From contig JBBSXO010000006.1 of the NCBI GenBank assembly GCA_038045705.1, positions 44,506 through 108,505 of the forward strand: 64,000 bases of DNA. The letters are read 5' to 3'. The stretch is from Nanobdellota archaeon. Lineage in GTDB: Archaea > Nanobdellota > Nanobdellia > Pacearchaeales > GW2011-AR1. This document shows, in pieces, positions 19,744 to 28,191 of the stretch. How positions within the stretch are numbered: position 1 is the first letter of the stretch; every line of letters begins with the position of its first letter. Both the position numbers and the translations under genes were made by a program. Below the pieces are notes generated by a model. The model worked only from the letters and a program-made list of their open reading frames with translations, did no database searches and was not told where the DNA came from.

Positions 19744-20352
19744 TTAGAAGTGTTCAGAATAATCATCTCTAAATAGGTTTTGATTTAAATAACGAACATC
19801 AATATTTCCCAAGTAATTATCTGCTTGATCAGCTACCTCGTTAAGTTTTGCGAATTCCTCTAAATCTTTAGGAATTTTATTATCAAAAATACCAAGTAAT
19901 CCAAAAAAACCAATCGTAAATATTGGTAATCCAGTAGATATTGCTACCATACCAGCACAAGTCTCACCACTACCTCCAAAAAATCCTCCTCCAAGCATAG
20001 ACATAGTTCCTACAGTTGCTAAGATTTTATCGGATAATTTGACTACCGGTCTTTTTCTTTCTCTATCATACGCTTCTCTAACTGTGGAATATTCAAGCTT
20101 TCTTGAGTTGAAATTTCTACCACTAGCAAAAGTGAGAACATCTAATAGTTTTTCAGGCACACTTCCTACTTTTTCAGGATCTTCAGGATCTAATTCCGAT
20201 AGAGGCATTTGTCTAGTCTCTTGGGTATAAGGAGGAAAAGGTCTTTTTATATCATAAAATGAAGGAATCACTACACGCGCTAATTTAGCCTCACCTCTTA
20301 GTGTCTTTTGATAGAGATGTTTGGCATTTGTTGTTATTGGTACTTTTGTCAT
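19744..20352 (-). CDS. hypothetical protein with C-terminal Gly-rich membrane segment
   Basis: 202-aa ORF. C-terminal MLGGGFFGGSGETCAGMVAISTGLPIFTIGFFGLLGIF is hydrophobic. Confidence 0.3.
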   Translation of the reverse strand: MTKVPITTNAKHLYQKTLRGEAKLARVVIPSFYDIKRPFPPYTQETRQMPLSELDPEDPEKVGSVPEKLLDVLTFASGRNFNSRKLEYSTVREAYDRERKRPVVKLSDKILATVGTMSMLGGGFFGGSGETCAGMVAISTGLPIFTIGFFGLLGIFDNKIPKDLEEFAKLNEVADQADNYLGNIDVRYLNQNLFRDDYSEHF

Positions 20353-20409
20353 AATTGAAACTCTAAATTTCTGTTTATAAACCTTTGTAATGTAACTACT
20401 AAAGAGTTA

Positions 20410-20820
20410 TCACTTAACAATCAGATTCCCTTTCATTCCGTTAGCTCTATGCTTTCCAACGCTACAATAATACTCAAATGTACCTTTTTTATCCGCAATA
20501 AACTCAACAAAAGTAGAATCATCTGTTTCTCTAACTTGTTTAGTTGTCGCATTAAACTCATCTACTACCCAATCATGAAAACCCTTAGTGCTTGTAAATT
20601 CAATTCTTACTTTATCTCCACGATTAACCTCTATATCTGGATTATCAACACCATCAATCATAAATTTAAAATTCTCTCCAGTAATTACAAATTTTTTAAC
20701 TTCAGAGTTGCCTTCTGAAATTACATTACCAGTTACTCCAGAGTTAGAATTAATCGCAAGAAAAATGATAAGAGACCCAAGTGCTATCAGAATAATCGAT
20801 GCAATTAGTAACTTTTTCAT
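20410..20820 (-). CDS. cupredoxin (type-1 blue copper protein, plastocyanin/halocyanin-like), membrane-anchored
   Basis: N-terminal signal/anchor. Type-1 Cu ligand pattern GFHDW ... YYCSVGKHRANGM (His, Cys-x4-His-x4-Met). Confidence 0.55.
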   Translation of the reverse strand: MKKLLIASIILIALGSLIIFLAINSNSGVTGNVISEGNSEVKKFVITGENFKFMIDGVDNPDIEVNRGDKVRIEFTSTKGFHDWVVDEFNATTKQVRETDDSTFVEFIADKKGTFEYYCSVGKHRANGMKGNLIVK

Positions 20821-21006
20821 ACTTTATGTTATAAGTCATGTTTTATAAATTTAAGTCTTTTAGAAAATATATAAAAATAGTTCAAATAAGTAAGACTTAA
20901 GCCCACAAATATCAATTCGCAATGTTTGAAGCTTGTCCTCTACAAGTGAAAGCCAATGAATATAAATTCACAAGGTTTAAAAACAAATTCCATGTCAAAG
21001 TTTTAA

Positions 21007-21078
21007 GCTCGTCTAGTATATCGGTTAGTACATGGCCCTGTCGCGGCCAAGAGCCGGGTTCGATTCCCGGGACGGGCG
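21007..21078 (+). tRNA. tRNA-Asp (anticodon GTC)
   Basis: Hand-folded. Acceptor GCTCGTC/GACGGGC with discriminator G. D stem GTAT/GTAC. Anticodon stem TGGCC/GGCCA with loop CTGTCGC. T arm CCGGG-TTCGATT-CCCGG. Length 72 nt. Confidence 0.8.
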
Positions 21079-21079
21079 T
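21067..21079 (+). repeat. attL core: 13-bp direct repeat CCGGGACGGGCGT (3' end of tRNA-Asp)
   Basis: Exact 13-mer repeated at 50735-50747. A GC-rich 13-mer in ~30% GC DNA is unlikely to recur by chance. Confidence 0.6.
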
Positions 21080-21161
21080 TACCCCATCTTGCGATTTTAA
21101 TGAGATGGAATATACAAGTTTTATACAAGCCGTTTAAAAAAATGGTTTGAGGTAAAACAAC

Positions 21162-22334
21162 GTGAAACTTGATCCGTATAAACATAAAGAAAGATACATA
21201 GCTTGGAAGAATAAAATAGGTTCGGTTATTCCAGATATTACTATTCAAAATTCCCAGATAATTTTACAATATCTAAACGATATGGAAAGGGGTTTAAATG
21301 TCTCCATATTAAGCCAAAAAGGTCCGAGAAGTTATATTCGCCTTAATTCTTTAAGAGAAAAAATTATAGGATATGCAAAAAAGTTTAATGAATTATATAA
21401 TTTAGAAACAATTACAGATATCTCTGAAGACCAGTTACTTAATTTCTTTGCAGATATGAGAGATGGAGTTATTAAAAGAAAAGATGGTAAGGAGTATCAA
21501 TCTGTGGATACTTCTGCGCGTATATTCAAAGCATTCTGGCATTGGCATCAAAAAGTAAGCAGAAAAAAAGGGATTGAGATAAAAGATATTACCTTAGATC
21601 TAGATACAAAAGCAAAGAAACCTGATTGGGTTTACCTTACTGAAAAAGAGGTCAGGGTATTATGCGATAATGCTAAACCAGACTACAAGGCACTTATAAT
21701 GTTTCTTTTTGATACTGGAATTAGATCTCCTACAGAACTAATGAATGTTAAATTATCTGATTTATTTAATGATTGTAAAGAAGTTAATATTCGCGAAGAA
21801 ACGAGTAAAACATTTGGGAGAAGAGTAAAATTAATGCTATGCTCCGATGCTATACGGGATTATATTGAAAGAAATGGGCTAAAAACCGATGATTATTTAT
21901 TTCCTATAACGCCTGCAAGAGTTAATGAATACTTGAAGAGACTTGCTAAAAGAATTTTTGGAGAAAAAATAACCCCTGCAGGTGCAAAATATTCTGAAAT
22001 TACAATGTATGATTTTAGGCACATAGCATGTTGCTATTGGTTACCACGATATAAGTCAGAATCAGCCCTCAAATATAGATTTGGATGGAGAGATAGTGAG
22101 AAAATCCATTATTATTCAGAATTATTGGGTATGAGTGATACTATCTCTGAAGAAGACATGCTTTTAGATGTTACAAAGACTGAGATTGAAAAGAGTCTAA
22201 AAAAATCAGATCAAGAAAAAGAAATACTAAGTGACAGAGTAAGATCGCTAGAAAAAGAAATATCTGAGATGAAGAAAATATCTTTAGAACTTATAAGAGT
22301 CTCAACACCTAAGAATCAATATTTACTATCTTGA
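21162..22334 (+). CDS. int: tyrosine recombinase / integrase (divergent)
   Basis: Box I DTGIRSPTELMNV (TGLRxxEL-like). Box II YDFRHIACCYWL (LRH). C-terminal ...KIHYYSELLG carries the candidate catalytic Tyr. Lies directly 3' of tRNA-Asp. About 65% identical to the paralog at 50910. Confidence 0.7.
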   Translation: MKLDPYKHKERYIAWKNKIGSVIPDITIQNSQIILQYLNDMERGLNVSILSQKGPRSYIRLNSLREKIIGYAKKFNELYNLETITDISEDQLLNFFADMRDGVIKRKDGKEYQSVDTSARIFKAFWHWHQKVSRKKGIEIKDITLDLDTKAKKPDWVYLTEKEVRVLCDNAKPDYKALIMFLFDTGIRSPTELMNVKLSDLFNDCKEVNIREETSKTFGRRVKLMLCSDAIRDYIERNGLKTDDYLFPITPARVNEYLKRLAKRIFGEKITPAGAKYSEITMYDFRHIACCYWLPRYKSESALKYRFGWRDSEKIHYYSELLGMSDTISEEDMLLDVTKTEIEKSLKKSDQEKEILSDRVRSLEKEISEMKKISLELIRVSTPKNQYLLS

Positions 22335-22536
22335 CTTTTTGTTTTGTATTAAGAATAGTATCAATTTTTTTATCCATTTCTAAAATAGTTAATTCTATTT
22401 TATTTAATTGAGGTATCTCTTTTATCTTCCTCCTACAAATTTCTGAGACAGATACTTTATTTTCTTCAGCAATTTTCTTCAATTTATCCAGCAAATCAGT
22501 TTCAAGGTATAAATGAAGTTGAGAATTCTTTTTCAT
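22309..22536 (-). CDS. ribbon-helix-helix (CopG/Arc-like) DNA-binding protein
   Basis: LHLYLETDLLDKLKKIAEENKVSVSEICRRKI fits the beta-strand plus two-helix RHH pattern. Length 75 aa. Confidence 0.4.
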   Translation of the reverse strand: MKKNSQLHLYLETDLLDKLKKIAEENKVSVSEICRRKIKEIPQLNKIELTILEMDKKIDTILNTKQKVKIVNIDS

Positions 22537-22604
22537 TAGAATGTTTATCTATCTTTTTCTTTTCAAGATAAGCAATGAGATATTTCATCTTTAGAATAAT
22601 CTCT

Positions 22605-23180
22605 TCAGTGGTTAGTTCTTCCTCTAGAGTCATTATTAAATTTCTTGGTCTCATTGCCCCAGCAGTCCCAACCGCTAAAAGTTTCTCTTGCAAATAATTC
22701 TATTCTAGGTAAATCTCCAAGTAATTCTACAATATTATTTCTTATTTGATCTGGTTTTCTACTATGCTCTCTTAATGGAGAAAGAACAACTTGTCTAACT
22801 CTATTAGATTTTCTGATTAATTTTCCTTTTAATCCTAATAAACATATTTCTGTATTTGCTCGAGTCCAATTACCAAGACCCATAAATGGAAGCCCATCAC
22901 GTTTATTGGTTTTAACCCAAGTAAATGCTACTGTAACATATCTAAAACCCCATTTCTTCAAAGTTTCAATACATTCAGATAAAATTGGGTAAGTTGCCCA
23001 TAAGAAAAGAGCACAGTTTTCATCAGTGATCTGTTGAATTGGGAATTTCTGAATATCTTTAATTGGAACACAAGGATACTTTTTTGTCGCATTTGTTGTA
23101 CTGTATTTCCAGGGAGGATCTGCATAGATAATATTGTATTTTTTATTAATATCTAACTTCCATAAAAAATCTTTTTTCAT
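22605..23180 (-). CDS. orphan N6-adenine DNA methyltransferase, MT-A70 family
   Basis: YNIIYADPPWKY catalytic DPPW motif. Length 191 aa. No cognate endonuclease adjacent. Confidence 0.7.
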   Translation of the reverse strand: MKKDFLWKLDINKKYNIIYADPPWKYSTTNATKKYPCVPIKDIQKFPIQQITDENCALFLWATYPILSECIETLKKWGFRYVTVAFTWVKTNKRDGLPFMGLGNWTRANTEICLLGLKGKLIRKSNRVRQVVLSPLREHSRKPDQIRNNIVELLGDLPRIELFARETFSGWDCWGNETKKFNNDSRGRTNH

Positions 23181-23238
23181 GAAAAGAATCTGTAAAAAGT
23201 CATTATAAAAAATCGGGGACTAACTGGGCGTCTATCTG

Positions 23239-23275
23239 GTCGACTACTTAGATGTCCATTTAGTCGACTAAATGG
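23239..23275. promoter_or_regulatory. operator-like palindrome in divergent promoter region: 20-bp perfect palindrome CCATTTAGTCGACTAAATGG plus upstream GTCGACTA half-site
   Basis: The perfect inverted repeat 23256-23275 is centred on GTCGAC. The half-site GTCGACTA also occurs at 23239-23246. Located between the divergent MTase gene (start 23180) and ORF 23283. Confidence 0.4.
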
Positions 23276-23282
23276 TCTCCGA

Positions 23283-23498
23283 TTGCCTATAAACAATTTA
23301 GATCACAGCACAGACATGAAATTTTGCATTGTATGCGAAGCTGAAACTAAAGAAAGAGAGTTTTGCGAAAATTGTTTGACTTTCATAAAATGGAAGTACG
23401 AAAATAATTTTGAGGAACAGTTAGAAAGATTTCGTAAGCTGAAAGCCTACCTCGAAGATTGGCGTAACCAATCAACTGAAAAGGAGGTGGAAGAATGA
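23283..23498 (+). CDS. small zinc-ribbon protein
   Basis: CIVCEAETKEREFCENC (CxxC...CxxC) in a 71-aa ORF. First gene of a + strand operon with 4-nt overlaps. Confidence 0.3.
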   Translation: MPINNLDHSTDMKFCIVCEAETKEREFCENCLTFIKWKYENNFEEQLERFRKLKAYLEDWRNQSTEKEVEE

Positions 23499-23824
23499 AG
23501 GTACAAAAACTTGTTAGCCTTTTACTTGTTGCATATATTTTTGCTTTGCAGATTGTTAGTGCTCAGTTTAATGGGACAATAACTCAGGAAGAACAGGAGA
23601 CATTTGATACTATACTTGAACCAGTATTAAAAATATACAATTTAGTAAAGTATTCTGCGACTTTTATTGCAGTAATAATGCTTGTATTTGCTGGTATAAG
23701 CTACATAACTAGTGGATCAAATCCTACAAAACGTGAAAGTTCCAAGAATACTATAATGTATGTGTTTATTGGACTTGCAATAATTTGGGCAGCACCTTGG
23801 TTTGTGCAGTTTATAGTTAACTGA
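23495..23824 (+). CDS. candidate conjugative pilin (VirB2/TrbC-like topology)
   Basis: Signal peptide (MKVQKLVSLLLVAYIFALQIVSA), then two hydrophobic helices separated by a short polar loop (GSNPTKRESSKN). Mature size about 85 aa, as in VirB2/TrbC. Confidence 0.3.
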   Translation: MKVQKLVSLLLVAYIFALQIVSAQFNGTITQEEQETFDTILEPVLKIYNLVKYSATFIAVIMLVFAGISYITSGSNPTKRESSKNTIMYVFIGLAIIWAAPWFVQFIVN

Positions 23825-23826
23825 TT

Positions 23827-24228
23827 ATGAAAACTAAATTAACTAAAGCAGTAGGTACTCTTGCAATAGTATTTATGATTCTATTTTTGCTGTTGCAAGA
23901 GGCAACTGCCTGCCCATCGCGTTTGAGATGCTCTAATTTTACTAATATGGATAAAAGAAATGATTGCAACTATATTTGGTCTCAAACATCAGGTGCTGAA
24001 AGACAAGAGGCAGTATGTATTTTATGGGACCAAGAGTATGGATTTCCTGGATACAACCATTCCGTTTATCCTAATGCGGAATCCAATTTTACGTTTTCTC
24101 ATAAAGAAATAGAAACAAGTAGATTTATTTTGTTTTTCAAAATAATTATATTTCTGTTATTTAATTATATCTTGTTTTCCATTCTAACTAAGACTTCATT
24201 CGTTAGAAGATGCCTTCCTGCGGGTTAG
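23827..24228 (+). CDS. secreted Cys-containing protein with C-terminal membrane anchor
   Basis: N-terminal TM/signal, six Cys in the ectodomain, C-terminal hydrophobic helix. Confidence 0.3.
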   Translation: MKTKLTKAVGTLAIVFMILFLLLQEATACPSRLRCSNFTNMDKRNDCNYIWSQTSGAERQEAVCILWDQEYGFPGYNHSVYPNAESNFTFSHKEIETSRFILFFKIIIFLLFNYILFSILTKTSFVRRCLPAG

Positions 24229-25019
24229 TTAATCTTGGAGCTTGTCTCCCAGAGATGTTTTTTAATTTTATTTTTAATTTAATTAATGCTCCTGTTCAAC
24301 CCTTCTTACAAGTAGTTCTTAATTTGCTCTCTGCAGAAGCTCATTTTTCTATCTTCCTTAGTTTATGGGTAATCATTGTTTATATGTTATCAATGTTTTA
24401 CGCATTGCTTATCGTTGGAGTGGGTTTTAGTTTCCTTATCTCTGGCTATGACTTTGAGAAAAGAGAACAGACAAAGGAATGGTTGAGAAACATAATAATT
24501 ATGATAATCTTAATCCAATCCTCATTCTTTATCTACGGGTTAATTATGGATTTAGCTTCCACGATGACTTCTGCAGTTTTAAGTATTGTAAGCCCTAATT
24601 TCTTCAGTTTACAAGTTAGTAGCAGTCTTGGTTTGGGTTTAGCAATAACTTTACTCTTTGTTTATGTAATTACTTTAATTGTTACCATAATTGTCTTAAC
24701 TCTAAGATATGCAATAGTTGCAATAGGAGTAGTTTTATTGCCTATTGGAATTTTCTTCTACTTTCTTTCACCGCTAAGATCTTTTGGTTCATTAATCTTA
24801 AACATATTAGGAATGGCTATATTTATCACATTTTTTGATGCACTTTTACTCATAGGATTTTCTTCATTAATGAATGTTGAAATATTTGATCAGTTTCAAA
24901 TTGTAATTTTAATAACTGCATTTTTGCTAATTGACATCTTAATGGTTGTTCTGTTATTTTTCGCAATAACTAAAGCTGCATTTGGAATTTATGATAAATT
25001 TAGCAGGTGGAAGAAATAA
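24210..25019 (+). CDS. polytopic membrane protein (VirB6/TrbL-like candidate)
   Basis: 269 aa with about 6-7 TM helices. Lies in an operon with the pilin-like gene and the VirB4-like ATPase. Confidence 0.3.
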   Translation: MPSCGLVNLGACLPEMFFNFIFNLINAPVQPFLQVVLNLLSAEAHFSIFLSLWVIIVYMLSMFYALLIVGVGFSFLISGYDFEKREQTKEWLRNIIIMIILIQSSFFIYGLIMDLASTMTSAVLSIVSPNFFSLQVSSSLGLGLAITLLFVYVITLIVTIIVLTLRYAIVAIGVVLLPIGIFFYFLSPLRSFGSLILNILGMAIFITFFDALLLIGFSSLMNVEIFDQFQIVILITAFLLIDILMVVLLFFAITKAAFGIYDKFSRWKK

Positions 25020-25777
25020 TGGCTTATGAAATACCTCAACAACTAGAATACAAAGAGAAAATAATGTTTGGGTTAAATTTTAAGCAATTAGCTTATCTTT
25101 TTATTTTTGCACCAATTCTATTTGTTATTTTTTTTAAGACTGCCTGGCATAATGCAATAAAGATATTTTTTATGTCAATTTTTGGAGGTTTAGCTATAGG
25201 GTTTATCTTTCTTGATTTAGATAAACATCTTCAAAATTGGTTTTACTGGTATAAATCAAAGAAGTTAGAGTTAGATCATAAATTAGCCTTATTCATACCA
25301 ATAAAAGAAGTAAAAGATAGTTTGGTTATAACTAGGGATAATAGGAAACTAGCAATTATCAAGATTACTCCTATTAATTTCTCAATTAAACATGAAGAGT
25401 CTAAGAATGCAATATCAATAGCATTTCAGAAATTTCTCAATGGTTTAGATTTTCCTATACAGATTATAATGAATACTGAACACCTTGATCTACGAGATTA
25501 TTTTGCAGAAGTTGAAAGAAAGATAAAAGACTCCAAACAATTTAGATATTTGTTTGAAGGTTACAAGAGACATCTAGAGTCAATAACTAAAGAAAAAGAT
25601 GTGATGAATAGGGTTTTTTATCTAGTTCTTACAGAAAGAACTGATATTAATATACAATTACAGATTTGTCAGACAAAATTATCTAATATTGGTTTAAAGA
25701 GTTTGAGACTAAAAGATAATGAATTAAAAGAATTGCTTAGAAGATTTTTCTTAGCAAGGAGAAATCATGCTAAGTAA
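25007..25777 (+). CDS. membrane protein with two N-terminal TM helices (VirB3/VirB8-like candidate)
   Basis: Two N-terminal TMs, then a soluble domain. Immediately upstream of, and overlapping, the VirB4-like ATPase gene. Confidence 0.3.
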   Translation: MEEIMAYEIPQQLEYKEKIMFGLNFKQLAYLFIFAPILFVIFFKTAWHNAIKIFFMSIFGGLAIGFIFLDLDKHLQNWFYWYKSKKLELDHKLALFIPIKEVKDSLVITRDNRKLAIIKITPINFSIKHEESKNAISIAFQKFLNGLDFPIQIIMNTEHLDLRDYFAEVERKIKDSKQFRYLFEGYKRHLESITKEKDVMNRVFYLVLTERTDINIQLQICQTKLSNIGLKSLRLKDNELKELLRRFFLARRNHAK

Positions 25778-28076
25778 AAAAGAAAGACCTAAAGAAAATA
25801 CGGAATTTTTACCTTTAAAGATAGAAAACACCCCCAGTTATCTTAAAATAACAGACGGAATAAAAGAACCAATCTTTAGTAGAACAATTTATGCTCATGG
25901 ATATCCTAGAAGTGTAGAAACTGGATTTTTGGACAAAATAATTAGCACAATGGGTAACTTTGATCTTTCTATGCACATTGAACCTTTTGATATAGAAACA
26001 ATGATGATCTTTCTAAACAAAGAACTTCAAAAACAAGGCTCTGACCTCTATACAGCTAAGGCAAAAAACATTCTTAGCCCGAGTCTTGAGATAAAGTACA
26101 AAGACACAAAAGCAGTCTTAGAAAATCTCCAAAAAGGTAAGGATAAATTGTTTAACGTAAGTCTTTACATAAATTGTAGAGCTAAATCTAAAGAAGATCT
26201 GGATCTTTTAACTAAATTAATACAAGCCGAACTTAACTCGCTACTGATAATCCCTAAAGTACCAAATTTTAGGATGGCTCAGGGTTTCCAGTCATCTTCT
26301 CCTTTAGCCATGAATAAACTTAAGCAAATAAGAAGTGTGCCTACTGAAGCATTATCTGCATTCTTTCCGTTTACTTCTTCATTTCTTCAAGCAGATAAAA
26401 CAGGAGTATGGTTAGGGCAAAATAAGAATAATATTCCCATAATAAAGGATATTTTCAATCTAAGTAACCCAAATGGTTTGTGTTTAGCTAGTTCGGGATC
26501 TGGTAAAAGCTATATGGCTAAACTCCTTATTTCACGTTATTTGCTTAATGGAACTAATGTAATGATAATTGACCCGCAAGGTGAGTACAAAGCTCTTGTA
26601 AAGCGATTTAATGGCCAATTAATCGATTTAAGCACGCACTCTGAGACAATAATTAATCCTTTAGATTTGATGGGTCATGACTATCCCGAAAAGCGTTTAG
26701 CTTTAATCGATTTGATGCATCTAATGCTTGGAGATCTTAGCGATCCACAAAAAGCTATTCTAGAAAAGGCAATAACAACATCTTATGAAGAAAGAGGAAT
26801 TTATATGAATAAAGTAGTTTCTTGGAGCAGAAAGCCTCCAATCATTGAAGATGTTCTAAATGTATTGAAGAAAGATGAAAAGAAAGCTACTCAAATAGAA
26901 AAGACTACAATAAGAAGCCTCATAAATCGTCTAGATGGTTATGTAAATGGAGTATTTTCTTTTCTTAATCAGGAAACTAAGATTAACTTTGATAATCAAT
27001 TTGTATGTTTTGATATAGGAAATCTGCCAAAACAAATCAAACCCCTAATGATGTTTATGGTTTTAGATTATATTTACATGAAAATGAAGAAAGACTTGAA
27101 TAGAAAACTCTTGGTTATCGATGAAGCTTGGGCACTTCTAAGGCAAACTCATGAAGCATCTTATGTATTTGAGATAGTAAAAACATGTCGTAAGTTCAAT
27201 CTAGCTTTATTTTTGATTAATCAAGAAGTTGAAGGTATGCTTGATTCAGAAGCGGGTAAATCTGTGTTAGCAAATAGTTCTTACACTCTCTTAATGCGTC
27301 AAAAGCCAGCCGTAATAAGAAATATTCAGAAAACATTTTTTCTAAGTGACTCAGAAGTCAACCATTTACTTACGGCTGGCGTGGGAGAAGGAATTTTGGT
27401 AATGGAGGATGATCATTCTGAAATAAAAATCATAGCTTCTCCTGAAGAACATAATATTATAACTACGAAGCCGGATGAGTTATTAACCAATCAAAAGAAA
27501 GTAAGTGAAAAAGAGCGTCTTCAGCTATTACAAGAACAATATGATTTACGGAAAGAAAAAAGAGACGAAAGACAAAAAATAGAAATAAAGATAGACAAAG
27601 ATGTAGGATGTGTTAAACTAAAAGACATATTAAAAGATGAAGTAAACTACCTCAAAAATTTAGGGTATAAGATTTACAGAAGTAAGAGCATCCTAAGCAA
27701 TAAAACAGAAAGTTATTTGATAGAACAAAAGAAAACAGAAAGCCCGCAACATATTTTTATGGTAAAAGATATTTCAGACTATTTGAAAAAGTTTACAGAT
27801 AAGGTTAGAATATATGAAACTGTGCAACCAGATATAGTTTTCGAGATAAATGAAAAGAAATATGCTATTGAAGTGGAAACAGGTAGTTTATTAAAATCAA
27901 ATAAAAAAGCATTGAAAGATAAAATAGAATTACTAAATAAAAAATATAAAGATAGATGGTTTTTTGTCGTAACTAATAGAAATATTGCATCAAAATATTC
28001 AGAATTAGGTAAAACTTATGATAAAAGATATATTAATACATTATTAAAACGCTTAATTGTAGAAAATAGCCAGTGA
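25767..28076 (+). CDS. VirB4/TrbE-like conjugative transfer ATPase with C-terminal PD-(D/E)xK nuclease-like extension
   Basis: Walker A LASSGSGKSY. Walker B LLVIDEAWALL about 205 aa later. VirB4-type LFLINQ...SYTLLMRQ motif. A C-terminal ~200 aa carries PDIVFEINEKKYAIEVETGS (D...ExE/K pattern). Confidence 0.55.
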   Translation: MLSKKERPKENTEFLPLKIENTPSYLKITDGIKEPIFSRTIYAHGYPRSVETGFLDKIISTMGNFDLSMHIEPFDIETMMIFLNKELQKQGSDLYTAKAKNILSPSLEIKYKDTKAVLENLQKGKDKLFNVSLYINCRAKSKEDLDLLTKLIQAELNSLLIIPKVPNFRMAQGFQSSSPLAMNKLKQIRSVPTEALSAFFPFTSSFLQADKTGVWLGQNKNNIPIIKDIFNLSNPNGLCLASSGSGKSYMAKLLISRYLLNGTNVMIIDPQGEYKALVKRFNGQLIDLSTHSETIINPLDLMGHDYPEKRLALIDLMHLMLGDLSDPQKAILEKAITTSYEERGIYMNKVVSWSRKPPIIEDVLNVLKKDEKKATQIEKTTIRSLINRLDGYVNGVFSFLNQETKINFDNQFVCFDIGNLPKQIKPLMMFMVLDYIYMKMKKDLNRKLLVIDEAWALLRQTHEASYVFEIVKTCRKFNLALFLINQEVEGMLDSEAGKSVLANSSYTLLMRQKPAVIRNIQKTFFLSDSEVNHLLTAGVGEGILVMEDDHSEIKIIASPEEHNIITTKPDELLTNQKKVSEKERLQLLQEQYDLRKEKRDERQKIEIKIDKDVGCVKLKDILKDEVNYLKNLGYKIYRSKSILSNKTESYLIEQKKTESPQHIFMVKDISDYLKKFTDKVRIYETVQPDIVFEINEKKYAIEVETGSLLKSNKKALKDKIELLNKKYKDRWFFVVTNRNIASKYSELGKTYDKRYINTLLKRLIVENSQ

Positions 28077-28191
28077 CTGCATTGAGTCACCTAGATTTTC
28101 ATGAAAAAGGAGCATTTTTTAGCATTTTGTCGACTATTATATTTTATTGCTCTCTAAAAAAGTCACTAAAAGAATTAGCCCTTTCTTTAGT

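Noticed and set aside
20922-21248. ORFs 20922-21137 (+) and 21003-21248 (-) overlapping tRNA-Asp
   Set aside because: They overlap a well-folding tRNA gene and have no coding signal, so they are artefacts of six-frame translation.
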